Assembly: GCA_964252035.1 (NCBI GenBank)
Contig: OZ176201.1
Source: Podarcis erhardii
Lineage: Eukaryota
Direction: 5' to 3' (one strand)
Length of the DNA stretch: 64,000 nucleotides
Shown here: positions 50,168-64,000 of the stretch, piece by piece
Numbering within the stretch: position 1 is the first letter of the stretch
Layout: each line of letters opens with the position of its first letter
The notes under the pieces: model-generated
The model's input: only the letters and a program-made list of their open reading frames with translations
Told to the model about the DNA's origin: nothing
The model's database searches: none
Position numbers and translations under genes: made by a program

Positions 50168-50635
50168 TTTAACTTCTAATATAATAATGACCAGTTTAAA
50201 AGCCCCACCCCACAATAAAGGAAAACTTATTCAGAATTCCATGGTGGGATGGATTACGATGTACAGGTATTTAGGAGTGACCTTCCACTAACTGCTACCA
50301 TGACTGAACCAGAAATCAACCATGGTTGATACCAGAAAGAAATGAGATTCTGAATAAACATTAGGAATAACTTTCTGACAGTAAGAGCCATTCTGAGCCC
50401 AGCTTCAGCTGGAGAGGGCGGGATATAAATAAAATTTTATTATTATATCATTATAAGTAGTGTCCTCTCCTATCTATCAGCGATTCTTTAGTTGTGATTC
50501 CTGCATTGCAGGGAGTTACACTGTTGGGTTCTCTTCCAACTCTACAGTTCTAGGCTGGAGTTAGAATAGAGAGCATGACAGTTGTTCCAAGTGTGGCTGG
50601 TTAGAGCCTGTTGGCTTTCCTTTCCTTATTGCAGC

Positions 50636-50800
50636 CAGGGCGTAGCCAGGAGGGGGCAGGGGCAACTGCCTCCCCCCCCCAAAAAAATCTAGTAAATTAA
50701 AAAAAAACAACAACTAACTGACCAATTGCATCACAAATAACTCAGTTCTGCTCCCAGTAACATAAAGCCTGTCCCCCAATAAATCTTGACTACACCCATG
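50636..50800. mobile_element. Short hAT-like element
   Basis: CAGGGCGTAGCCAGG start and CTTGACTACACCCATG end form imperfect TIRs. Confidence 0.45.
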
Positions 50801-52064
50801 TCTGCACTCCAGCACAAAATGCAGCTGGGTGCCATTTTGGAAGAAGCACAGAAACCATCCAGACCTTGTTTCTTTCCCTAGTTAAATTAGATCATGTAGG
50901 TTTTGCTGATAGGCACAACCTTAAAAAAAAGTACTGCTTAATGATGTGTTCTGCAGAGTGGAGTGTACAGAACATCCTGTTTAGTGCTAGAAGGCAAACT
51001 TAGACATTAGAACTATTAGAACTTCATACATCTGGAACTATTAGAGCTTGTACTGCAACTTAAACTGGATTTCTGAGCTGAAGGGAGACTGTGTACAAAC
51101 AGTCCCCGCCCATATTTATTCTTATCTTAATTGCAAATTGTTTTTTTAAAAGACATATCTAAGATTCTCTGGCTTCCTCCCCTGCATCCTGTATACACTG
51201 ACTTTTCTAACCTTTATGCCTTACTAAATTGACTGGCACACTCCTTTCTCCCCATCCCGTCCCAAACCCAAATAAGGCTATGTAAATATCGTAACATGGC
51301 TAATATTGATCCAAGCTAAGCTGGGGTTAGTCCTCTCCAATCGTCTACAAACTGGTCTCAAACTGGCTCCGCATCAAATTCTGTATCCACTCAATAGTGA
51401 AGGAAGGCAGCTGAATTTAAACGAATTTAAAGCTGAGATAGCAAATTACAGCACAGAGAATAACAATGGTTGTGCCTGGCAAATAGAAATCTGTAACTGA
51501 AATATGACAACTGCAGTCACAAATATACCTACATGCAGCACAAGACTAAAAAAGAGCGAATGCAGCCACCATAATCAGATTAGCAAGATTCAAAGTTATT
51601 TGAGTTGACTCATTCCAAACTGATATGACTGTTTTGACTCTACAGTTTCTCATCTCAGCAATTCTAGGGCTGCAGAAAGAAACGGCAAGGAAGTGAAATG
51701 TCTCAGTGGGGGAAACTAGGGTTAGTAGGGTGATTACTGCAGAGCAAGACCACTGGCTTGTTTGAAATAATTCAGTGGCATTAATATACAGTATTACATA
51801 TCTAAGGGAAAGATTTCCAGTGTTCATTGGTCTTAGTTGCATAGGTAGGGGGGAGAGAGAGAGATTTTTTGAAAGCCCCAAGTTGGAAATAGGTTTAAGT
51901 TGGCATACACTTAAACCTGGACTCCACAATAATATCCAGTTTCCTTGACCCTGGGGTGAAAGAAACTTGCTTCTCTCAATGAAGATCCCTCTTGGATTAC
52001 AAGGGGAGCAGAGCTGGCACTCAGCTCCTTGTCTCTCCCAAAGATCGGAGCAGCCTCTCTAGCA

Positions 52065-52394
52065 CATGGGCAGGCAAACTAAGGTCCAGGGGCCAGATCT
52101 GGCCCAATCGCCTTCTAAATCCGGCCAGCAGATGGTCCGGAAACCAGTGTGTTTTCACCTGAGTAGAATGTGTTCTTTTATTTAAAATGCATCTCTGGGT
52201 TATTTGTGGGGCCTGTCTGGTGTTTTTATATGAGTAGAATGTGTGCTTTTATTTAAAATGCATCTCTGGGTTATTTGTGGGGCATAGGAATTCATTCATT
52301 TTTTATTTTATTTTTTCAAAATATAGTCCGGCCCCCCACAAAGGTCTGAGGGACAGTGGACCAGCCCTCTGCTGAAAATGTTTGCTGACCCCTG
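52065..52394. mobile_element. Non-autonomous hAT (Charlie group, OC1-like) element
   Basis: Imperfect TIRs CATGGGCAGGCAAAC / GTTTGCTGACCCCTG; right end ATAGTCCGGCCCCCC...GGTCTGAGGGACAGTG resembles the recalled OposCharlie1 end; internal 53-bp duplication. No 8-bp TSD recognised. Confidence 0.7.
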
Positions 52395-52511
52395 CCATGA
52401 ACCAAGTGCCTTAGGCTTATTGGTTGTTTTTACCAACCCTGAGGGTGGCACAAGACATAAGCTGTCAAATTTTGTAATATAGCTCAAGTCTGTCTTATCC
52501 TGAACTAGTTC

Positions 52512-52675
52512 GGACCACAGCTGAGTGTTACAGCACTTACTCTGCATGCAGAAGATCCTGTGTTCAGTGGGACTGGCATTGCACCCTGCCTGAAACCTGG
52601 AGGGCTGCTGTTAATCAGGGTCAACCGTGCTGGACTAGATGGGCCTAGTGGTCTGACTAAAGCAACTTCCTACGA
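52512..52675 (+). mobile_element. Degenerate tRNA-derived SINE with CR1-like tail
   Basis: CAGCTGAGTGTTACAGCAC...TGCATGCAGAAG head; GCTGGACTAGATGGGCC..TGGTCTGACT...CTTCCTA tail. Confidence 0.55.
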
Positions 52676-54757
52676 TCACAGGGCCTGCTGCCACAATGCA
52701 AGGAGCACACTGCTCAATTGGTAGCAGCCAGCAAAATGAGTCTGAGCTCGCTCATTCCACAAAGGCTTCTCCTGGAGCAGGACCTGAGCCTGAAGCGGAA
52801 GTGGACAAGGCCTTTTGGCTTTCTCCTCTTGGAGGAATGTTGGAATGCCTGTCATGCAGTTGCTAAAGGCACCGGGGCCTCTGTCACCAAAGGAAGCGGC
52901 ACACCTAGTTGGCAAACATTTGACTTGCTTTCGATTTGTATTATTTGGAGCCGTGTGAGACAAAGGGCGGGATTTGCAGACAAAAGTGGCAGACAGCATT
53001 CAAGAAGTTTTGAAATCTAGGAGAGCAATTACTAATAAGATTGAGCTATGGGCAGTTTGATTCTTTTTAAGAGGGTGGAGATTACATGGGAGAAGGAGGG
53101 AGGGGGTGACCAGAGAACAGCCAGGTAACAGCATTGCTTACTTTTTAAACAAGGAAGCAGAAATGCAAAGAATGTGCTTTTGGCATTACTCTTTTCTTCT
53201 TTGTCTCCCTCAAGAGCCAAAGGTGTCCCGTTGAAGTCATGTTGTCTTCCCAAGCACTTGTTCATCCCTTGTTCTGAGCAAATGGTTTGCACCCACCCCA
53301 TATGAACAAACTGTTCACCCAAGAATGCTCCTGGATTTCTGTATCTGTTGAAGTGAACTCTAACCCATTCAGCTTCATGCAATAATAAATCTTTTAGACT
53401 TTGAGATGCCACAATACTCTGCCATAAGCTATCAAAGAGTCAGTGGCTACTCCAGAATTTTCTGTGCACTTTATTTTCAAAGCATTCCTTTTTTTTCTTT
53501 TTTTACAGATGTAAACTTATGATCTATGCCAGAAATGACATTAAATAATGCTAGTAGGACTTTCCCCAATATGTTTTCAAGTACCCACCTGTAATAAACA
53601 CCTTCCACCATGCTAAATGACTGTGTTTTTATTTGGGGGGTGTTTCCAAGTACACGAGCAGCAAACAGGAAAATTATTTTTCACAGGTTTAGATACTGGT
53701 TACTGAGAGTGGTTTCAGTCTCAGTGTCCAGTCAGCCCTTCAGCGCTAACGAGGTGAGATATATCCTGATGGTGTTGTGACAAGAACCTGGCTCAAGCTG
53801 CATTATAGATTGTTCCAGAACATGCTGTATAGATAGATTAACAGCAATGATCAGTGCATGGGAATTTATTGGTGCATGAGTCAGGAGATACTTGACACAG
53901 TTGAAATGTTTACTGCAACAAAGCAAAGCTCTATGGCACATGACAGTGAGCAAAGGTCACTCCACTGGGGTTCTCCTGTCGCAGAAAAATTAGCCACACC
54001 TGAGTGATAATAGAATAACAATGATGATAATAAAATTTGCAGAGACTGCTCACTGTAAATATTTGTTGATGTGAGTACTGCTGAAAGTGTGCATATGCAG
54101 AGTATATGCACTTCTCATTCTGGAGTAGGAGAAACCAATGGGGGGGGGGAATCCTCCAAATCAGGTGTATAGTCACCTGGTGGATAAGGGATGGATGTGT
54201 TTCTGTGTGTATATATGGTTTTAATTTTCTTTTAGTTCATTTATATTCAAGGCAACATGCATGAGGATCTGAGGTGGTTTCCCATCCCAGCACGGACCAG
54301 AGAGACTGGCTTAGTTTTAGCAAGGTGGCTGCATCATTTGCCCTCAGCCCATGCCGTAGCTGACAATTAGGCCTCGCCTACATGGGTTACCAATTTTATT
54401 AGTTCGGGCCCTGAAACTCGATTCTTGTGTCACTAAAATGATACCCCGACTTCAGTGCTGCCTCAGTTCCCAAACGGATAGCCCTTCCCCCAAAAGACAG
54501 TGGTACTACCAGGCCACTCAAAAGCTGAAATTTGGCACATATGAAGTCTAAGTCATTCCAAGTACAAGATACGTCTCAAAACAGGGCAAAGTCACAAAGG
54601 AGGGGGCATGAAGTGTACTCCTGAATATATTCCTTATAATCCAGCATAGAGCAAGCCAGTCTGCACATAGAACAGAGTGTTGAAGTTTTTGGAGTTGGCT
54701 CCTTCCCTGGAATGAGATTTGGGGTAGGGGGCACTTTTAGCTGCAGCCAAAAACATA

Positions 54758-54926
54758 CCGTATTTTTCGCTCTATAATACGCACCCGACCATAACACGCA
54801 CGCAGTTTTTAGAGGAGGAAAATCCGTAGGCATGCCACCCGTAGGCATTCCCTCCATAACACGCACAGACGTATCTCCTTACTTTCTAGGAGGAAAAAAG
54901 TGAGTGTTATGGTGCAAAAAATACAG
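54758..54926. mobile_element. Second Tc1/mariner-type MITE
   Basis: TA|CCGTATTTTTCGCTCTATAA...TTATGGTGCAAAAAATACAG|TA: imperfect TIRs with TA flanks. Confidence 0.75.
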
Positions 54927-56173
54927 TAGTTCACAACTTGCAAAATATGAAGGGGTATGTGTATATGATGTATAAATACCTGAACTACAGTGGACAAATT
55001 TGACTTGCTCCCTTAGTTCAGACTCCAGTGTAGCTAATCCTTTTACTTCATAGACATGTTCAAGAGAAATTATTAAAATTCAAGCCTGATTGGTTGTGAT
55101 GTCAAGGGGTGACTTTTAGGGACTTCAAGGGAATGTTGTGATGGGCAGAACATATTATTTTTTAGCACAATTACAAAACAACAGGCAAACCCCTGAGAAC
55201 CAGCTGCAGGCTTCATCTTCAAATTAAAGCAGAAAAAGGAGCATTGTGATTTTTGGGATACTTCTGAGCTGTTCCACGTCAGCTCTCAACTATGACAACT
55301 ATTTCATCCTGTTGGCAAGTTCAAGTATCTGCAGCAGCCCTCTCTGTTCAAGCTGCAATTGAAACCAGTAAACAAATGCGTAAGTGGAGTCATGAGCATT
55401 GAAGCTGCTTCAGATGGGCCTGCAGGTACAGGGAGCATGGGGGGGGGGGGCTGGTTCTCATTTTGTGTGAGAGGGCAATGATCTGAAAGGAAGTTTCCTG
55501 TGGGCTGAAGTCAAGGCTTTGTTTTCTCCCATTTACTCTGTGGGAGGTCTTGAGGGACATGATCGGATGGGCGTTCTTCTTCAGGGTTAGGCAGACGTCA
55601 GAGTAACATAATAGCTAAGGGAATCAGCTGCAAACCAGGAAGTCTCTTGTTCCCATCCTCACCTCTGCAGTGAAAACTTTCTTGGTAGCCCTTAGGCAGG
55701 CTGTGTCTCTTCTCAGCCTCACCACACCTGCCGTCTGAGGATAATAATACTGAACAACCCTTCAGGATTATTTCAACAACTACAGTATTTGAATAAAGAG
55801 GTTTTTGAATGTGAGGCAGTAGCAATATTTCTGTTTGGAAGAGCTGTAAGTTAGACAGTCCTGATTGTGAGTGAGATCTCATATGTTGTTTATTATAATG
55901 TTCTTAAGCAGCAAGCGCCCGAGTTTGACTTAAAACACCTTACAATAACATTTTAGAAGTAGGGACTTGTGCCCAACAGCAAGTTGCTCTGCTGTGCCAA
56001 AAATAACAATAGCAATAAAAAAAATAGTTGGAGTGTGACTTAGTTTTGGGGAAGAAGAAGCTGGTTTGTTCCAACAAGAGGGTTTTGTTGTTGTTGTACT
56101 CTCTGATAGCAAACGAGCTGTTCTCTGAAATATAATTTCCAGCTGCCCACTTAAAACTTTCTTTTTTTGACAG

Positions 56174-56222
56174 ATCATGATCGAGTTTTGCCCTGGTGGA
56201 GCAGTGGATGCTACTATGCTGG
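56174..56222 (+). CDS. STK10: STK10 exon 3, 49 nt
   Basis: ttttgacag|ATC ATG ATC GAG TTT TGC CCT GGT GGA GCA GTG GAT GCT ACT ATG CTG G|gtaag = IMIEFCPGGAVDATML (hinge). Not in the ORF track. Confidence 0.95.
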
Positions 56223-57728
56223 GTAAGTGACACGAAGCATCTTAACAGTGAAGTCCCTTTTAAGGTCTTTCAGCACATTGAATGTGTTCTGGTCGTTCCT
56301 TCCACTCCCATCCCTGCAGGAAAGCAGAGCATTAGGTTTCTGTCCAAAACATGCATGTGAACAGGCTGAAACTGATCATGTGCACGCATGAGGGATTAGG
56401 GAGGGGGAAGACATCTGCCATCGAGGAGGGTGTTATTTTCCACGGCTTGACTCAGACCCAACACAAGAAGCAAGCATGTGGCTGCTGTGCTTGCCCAGAC
56501 TTACTGGGAATGATTACTCCATGTTATAGTATTTGGGGGTGAATGTGAGGAGAAGGGGTCACAGCAGCTACTGCTTTTAAAAGAGCAAGCCCACACAAAG
56601 GCTGTCTTGTAGCAATGGGACATAGCTTAGATTTGCTCTGGCTGAGTTTTCAAGAACAGTAGCTATGGCAGGGGGTTGTGTGAGTTTGCCAATCTTCCTG
56701 GAAGGGGGAGAAAGGGAGCTTTCAGTTTCTCAGGATCTGAGTCTCCTGTTTAATCAGGCAAAGCATATCTCATTTCACAGGTACCCTCCAGGTTTGGGGA
56801 TTTGCTTTTAGAGGAAAATGGGGGAGCAGGAGGGGGAACTGAGCTATATTTCAAAGGCCTAGATCATGTCTGGCATCTATGCTCCAGGCAGCAGGTGGTG
56901 AAGCTACGTACTCTTACAGGAGGCAATGTACAGAGGTCACAAGTCTAAACTCCCAGCCTGTGGTTTTCAGGAAAGAAGGGCTGGGACATTAAATTCATGA
57001 CCAGTCATTGGGGTGGGGGTGGGGAGTTGATTCTCACTGTGGTGAATGAATTCCAAGTGTCCATTTTGTATTTGTTATGAATTTCCCTCCATCACAGCTA
57101 ACCACACAGACAGCTGGGATGCAGAGGATTGGCATCCTGCAAATTCTCTTAGACAGCTTTTGGTATCTTTGGGAAACCTGTTCAGTGGTATTCAACTCAG
57201 AGCAGTCTTACATGGAAATTAAGGGGCATACCCTGAGTAAAACTTAATTGAATTTCACCTTCGGAAAAAGCATAGGAGCAGAAATGCTTGCCCTGAAAAA
57301 ATGATCTCCTTACCGCTACATTGAATTCTACCCATATGTCTGAGGGAATGCCAGCCCTGTTTTCTTTTTCCCTCAGGGTCCACCTACATCTGGGATGGGG
57401 AGCCAGTGGCCCTCCAGGTGTTCTTGGGCTCAAACTCCCATTGCCCCCATCTAGCATGTGGTCCAGCAAAATCTGGGGGGGTCGCAGGGTCTCCATACCT
57501 GGCCTAAAATCACTATTTCCCTTTAATCAAAGTAGGTGAAAGTGAAACCACCCACTGAAACAAATACGGCTTTCCCAATGTCCAAAGCAAAGGCTTATTG
57601 CTCATGAACAGAAACAATTGTCTTGAAACGCCTCATCTACATTCACTGTGTTCTAGTAGAGCAAGATTAAATATCGTATGTTTGTCGTATTTTACTCTCA
57701 GCCTAGTGGTTATGTGTTAGGGCTATGA

Positions 57729-58184
<456 letters not shown>

Positions 58185-58265
58185 TAGTTAGCCTTTGTGT
58201 AAGATGGGTGCAAAGCTGCTTCCTGCACATAGTGAGATGCGTGGCTGAAAACAGTGGCTGCAGCT

Positions 58266-58267
<2 letters not shown>

Positions 58268-58324
<57 letters not shown>
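58268..58324. repeat. (GTT)19 microsatellite
   Basis: Perfect trinucleotide run in STK10 intron 4. Confidence 0.95.
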
Positions 58325-58325
<1 letters not shown>

Positions 58326-59978
58326 TAAAAACAGTAACTGTAAGAACTGTTGTGTGACCACATGAGAAAATTATGCATGCTTGGCTGCTGTAGAATAATC
58401 ATTTGTTAGGTTTGTTGTCTCTCCACCCTTTTCCTCTGAGCAGCTGGGAGCCACGTTGTAGCCTTGCAACATCCCTGAGGGGTCATTTGAGCAGAGAGAC
58501 AGAGACCTACTGAAAGCTACCCAGTAAGCTTCCTGGCCAAGCAGGGATTTTCAACCCTCTCTCAAGAAGATCTCAAACAGTGTATTTACTTAGAAGTCAG
58601 TCTCAGTACATTCACTGAGACTTACTCCCAGGTAACTGTGCATAGAATTAGACACAAGAAAAAGCAGAAACAATGTTAACTGGAAATACCAGTGGGGCCT
58701 CAAACAAATTTTTGCAATGTGGAGTGGTGCAAATTCTATACTGCAGTCAGTTAACAATGTGGTCTTTCAAAATACTCCATTACATTCAATTTATCCCACC
58801 CTCAGAATAACCAGTTAGGATCTGATATCTGTTCATATTCCTCTTTGGACTGTCTTGATGGATGCCCCTTAGAGAGGGTTTTCCTATTATGTTTGTACTT
58901 TTGCAAACCTTTGAGTTTCCAGAAACATATTTATAACCTAGAATCAGTCAGTGTTGACATCAGCTAAATCTGTGAATGGAGAGGTGCTGAGGGTTATTCT
59001 TTTCAGCTTAATTAGAATATTTTTCTCTCTTCACCCTAGAATTCGTAGGGTTAAAATTATGCCAGTTCCGCCTCTTTGAATGATAGTACCCACCAGAATG
59101 GATGTTCTTCAGAATGGGGATAGGTTGTATTGGGTCCAGAAAGACTTAAAACAAAACAAAAAACCAACAACAAATCTGGGGTTATCATCTGCAGAATTTA
59201 AAGGGGAGACTGATAAATGCAACTTTTTTCATTCTATATGGGATTGTGTATAAATTAATGTCTGCCACAGGAATTGGCATGTTTTCTGTGCAAGCTGGAG
59301 AGGGTGTAGTTTGTTAGCGAGGACAAGGTGACGTTTCCTACACTTCATCACCTTTTCAGTGGAAATTTTCTAGAAAGAGGAGGAAGAATAACCCTTAACA
59401 CAAAATAGAACTGCAGACAACAGCAGGAAGCAGGAGAAAACAATTGATGATTTGTTAGGATTTTGCTGAGGTTTCTAACTACTTAACTGTTAAAATAAAG
59501 TGCTCCCCTAACCCGATGGGAAATGAAAGGGCTTCCTTTAGCATCCCCTGTTATTGTGGCAGAATAAAATAAAATAAATAAATACAATTACCTTCGCTTT
59601 GGTGGGGCACAGTTAGCAAAAATCTGCTACAGTATTTAAACTTCCGACCCTCATTGGGACAGTCTCTTTTGTCGATGTGAGATGGATTTTGCTCCATGTG
59701 ATTATTATGCATGTGTCGTGGTTACCTAGAACTCCTCTGTTTGTTGAAATCACGTTCTAGTTTGCATCTGCTGATGAAAAATGTGTCCAGCTACAAGTAG
59801 TCCTAGAGCTTGTCCACACTTCTGCTTATCCCGTGCCTAGAAAGCACAGGTCTGAGAGGTTTCCCCTTCCCCACTCCTTTCCCCGGGGAGACAAGAGGGA
59901 GTGTGCATAAGCCCTTGCACTTTGTCAGAACCTTAGCCTAGGGCCTAGGCATTGTCCTGGCCACTTGGATAATCTTGA

Positions 59979-60167
<189 letters not shown>

Positions 60168-61678
60168 TGAGTAAATGAATTCAGATTTGCAAGATGCTTG
60201 AAAAGGCCACCACCAAATAAGAGCATATCTATTCCAGCTCAAGAAAGAAGGTGCTACTTGCCTCTTGGCTGAATTGTAAACTATCCACACAAGTGGAAGT
60301 GGTGTCAGAGAATGTGTGCCCATGTGTATATGCCGTGTGCTTGGTGTTTTCTCCTGGGGTCCCCCAAATGGCACTTGGCACCCCAGCACCACCAGACACC
60401 TGCCAAGGTCCCCAGCCCCTCCTAGCCTTTAAAAAAAATATATTTATTTGTTTTTTGCTGTGATGGGCTGTTGCCTGTTTTTTTGCCTGCATTTCATTTG
60501 TTTTTGGTTTTTGGAGAGGGAGCGTTGTAGGTGTTCTGCCTCTTTTCAGTGGTGTGTGTCTGAGTATAACGTGTTTTTCTTCTGCAAAATGGATATTTCG
60601 TGATGCTCGTAATCATTTCTTAGGTTTCCAAAGGTGCCCCTGGGCTCAAGAAGGTTGAGGATCTCTGTTTTACTCTCAGTGCTGTGCAATTACATCTTTG
60701 TGTGTATTTTAATGAATTGAATCATAAGAGATTCATAAGAGTGCACATGTCTGCTGGCCCTGGAGGTTGGTGGGAGACAAGCTGGGCCAGTGGTTGCCAC
60801 ATTTCGGCTCAGAAGGCAGGAACCGGCCAGTTGGCTGGCTAGGGGCACATGCCCGGCTTTGCCCGCCAAGATTCCCTCCTGTTGAGTTGAGCCCTGCCTG
60901 CCTCCTCACTACAAAGTGCTTCAAGCATAGGGGAACACAAAGAGTACATCAACAAACTTGCAGAGGGGGGAAACTATGTTGAGTGTCCTGCATTGCTGGG
61001 GGTGGACTAGATGATTCTTGGGGTCCCTTCCAACTCTCCAATTCTATGAGTCTATGCAAATAGGCAAGAGGCTGCAAACCTAGATGAAAGGCAGCTTTTA
61101 ATTATTGTTTTATGTGGCATCAGTGAAAATGCTACAAGTCCCATAACTGGAATGAGATGTTGATGAATCTAGGCCATTCTCTCCCCCTGCCCCTTTCTTT
61201 TACTCCCTACCATTTGGTGGAATGTCCTTTTTGAAGCAGTTCCAAGTGTATGAGAGCAGTGATTCACTCTAGGAATTTAATCTCTAAATCAGCCACGTTG
61301 CTAAGGGGATGCAATCAGTGCGCATTAATTTGCCATCTAAAGCAACATCCAGGCCAGATGTCATTGGCCTGCTGGTTTTCTGTCGCTGCAGCCTGTTGAG
61401 CATGGAGAGATGAATGGTGGTTGCCGGAGGGGGGGCGGGTGAACTGGATACTGTCTTTAGCTGATAGATTTAACCATTTCCACGTCCCATTTATTGCAAT
61501 GGGAGAATTATGTGTGTTCTCAACTCTCCAGTAAAAATCAGTGTGACCTATAAGTGCTTAACTCTGGATAGATCATGCCAAGGGCAGCAGAAGAGGCTTC
61601 TCCCCAATTCATTCAAGAACTAGCTGCAGAGTCATATTTCTGATGCTTACAACTGACTCTAGGCTAATAACTGATTAA

Positions 61679-61975
<297 letters not shown>

Positions 61976-63184
61976 TGAGAAGACCATTTTCTTTTTTTAA
62001 GTGCATTTGCACTTGTGGGTCTGTGAGAGGGTGGTCTGTCTGTTGGTCGGTCGGTCTCTGTTTGTTTACCCAAACAACTGTGGGTCACCTTTGTCTAGAT
62101 AAAGATAATAACAAGGACTAATTTCTTCTGTACAAACCCCCACTTGTCCATGTGCTCACTGAATAACCTTAGGCAAGACCAATTTTTCAACCTACCCTAT
62201 TTCCATGAAGCGCTTTCATGAGGATGTGGGGAGATAACCCAATGTATGCCACTCTGAGCTCTTCAGAGGAAGGGTGCCATACAAACTTAGCATATAATAG
62301 CACCACTCTTTCTCAACCTTGTGCCTCCTTGATGTTTTGGGTTGCATCCCTAGAGCCACCACTGGTCAGAGTCGGCCATGGGTGTGAAACTGGATCTGGC
62401 CCAATTCCCACCCCTTACAGGCCAACTTTCCGTTCTCTACACACATCTGGCCTACACATCGTTGCCCTTTCACTCCTTTAGAGTATTTCCTGTGCGTTCT
62501 CCAAGTGTATAGATGCTGCATTGAAGTAAATACCTAGCCTGACCTTCTGGTTGTTAAAGAGAGGAGTGAACAGCCCTGAAGCTTTTTCTCCCTATGCTCC
62601 ACAGTCCAAATCATACAGGATCACATTCAATGAAAACCACTGGGTGGTAGCTTCCATGGATAAACTTGCTTGTGACACAGTTTCTGCAGTCGTGTGTAGA
62701 AACTGCCAACAAGTTCTTTGTCCTGGCTTTACATAGAAGACAACATTGGATGGGAAAGCTGGGGGGGGGCAGGGTGATGTTATTATCGCTTGCCTGACAG
62801 AAGGCTTTGTATTAACACGAGCTCAAGCGTACAATTGTCCTCATGTGAGCTTGCTAACATTTGGGCTTTTTGGCATGAATTGAGAAATAGAGTGACAGCC
62901 TGTAACTTGCTTCTGAACAGCTGTTGCTCCGGAGCTTTAAAGGGAAGTGCTAAATCTGTAATTAACCAGGCAACATTTCTGCGTATTCAGAAAATGTTAT
63001 TGTTTTTAATATGTTTGTGCTGCTTTGTCTCAATAGCTCTTCCTTTCAACCCATTAGAGCTAACTGAACAATAATTTGTGGCGATAACACTGGGAATATA
63101 ATTGGTGTGGGCTGTGGGGTACTTGGAACCGTTTCCTCCCTTCTGAAGTTCTAGCCAACTCTGTTTGTTTCTTTGTGCATAAAG

Positions 63185-63266
63185 GTCTCCAGAATTTAAT
63201 GACTTCCTGAAGACTGCACTTGATAAGAACCCCGAGACACGTCCAACTGCAGCACAATTGCTGGAG
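63185..63266 (+). CDS. STK10: STK10 exon 7, 82 nt
   Basis: cataaag|G TCT CCA...GAG|gtaag; [27 protein letters not shown] (subdomain XI Arg). Frame is continuous with exon 6. Not in the ORF track; the gene continues beyond the window. Confidence 0.94.
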
Positions 63267-64000
63267 GTAAGTGCAGGATCCCCAGTCAATAAATGCATAA
63301 AATAGATACATACATGAGCAACTTCTTGCAGGTTGGTAGCCCACGTAGTGCAAACTTGTTTTTGTTGTGCTGATGCATAGAAAAGTTGAGCCTGTCTGCT
63401 GTAATTGTGGCTCCTAACTGGACACAAACTATACCACTGTTAGGAGGTATAGCAAAGCAAATTTGACTGCCAGTGCTGACTTCCCAGCCTCCCCTTACTT
63501 TTACTGGGCCTTCCAGTTGCTTCCACCTACCCACCTGTCTCCAGTGTAAAAAAAGGTGGCTGTAATTTTCTAGCAACACTCATACAGCAGCCACCATTCC
63601 TAGATGCGTCTTTATTTTTGAAAATTCTCCTTGGCTACTTTAGAACCATGCATAGCATTTGTGTGTATTTTTTCAGTTTCTGTCCAAATGGTTACACTTT
63701 ACTATGAGCCTTTGGTTAAAAAGGAAAAGTTGTCTAATCAATTTCTGCATCTAATGTGGCTTGTTGGAAGAGTTCTGAGTGTATTGATTCTATGAAACAG
63801 AGAGGAATTTGGCAGTACTGTATTGTCAACCAGGGGACGATTTCTTAATGAGGTTTGGGGCCAGTTCGCATGCTTACTTGGTTGGATGACCCTCTTCTCT
63901 GTGGTGCTAGGAAGTAGATGTGCGCACACATCTTTGCACTATGCATGTAATGGCACAGGTGACTTGTCCGCTGCACATGGAGGTCCAAATCTGGAGATTA

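Overview
Vertebrate genomic DNA, very likely a squamate (lacertid-type) lizard, judged from the Sauria SINE, CR1 tails, lizard-type L1s and MITEs; species not determinable by eye. Two genes lie head-to-head. EFCAB9 (CatSper-associated EF-hand protein) is on the minus strand, with two coding exons (2571-2706, 926-1074); the gene continues off the left edge. STK10/LOK (Ste20-family kinase) is on the plus strand, with coding exons 1-7 (7813-63266) starting in a CpG island; the gene continues off the right edge. The 35.6-kb STK10 intron 1 carries two apparently intact, sense-oriented L1 retrotransposons from different families (11322-17119 and 35005-40904), each with open ORF1 and ORF2 (APE-RT-CCHC). 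The most unusual observation is that the first L1 is flanked by a perfect 83-bp target-site duplication inside an older CR1 fragment. Both L1 5'UTRs also contain candidate 3' splice sites facing the STK10 exon-1 donor. The rest is a squamate TE landscape: a truncated third L1, four Tigger/pogo-like MITEs, an OC1-like hAT element, SINEs, CR1 pieces and microsatellites. No convincing wholly new multi-gene system was found; the best leads concern L1 integration, L1-host splicing and EFCAB9 regulation and evolution. All family assignments are from recalled sequence, not database searches.
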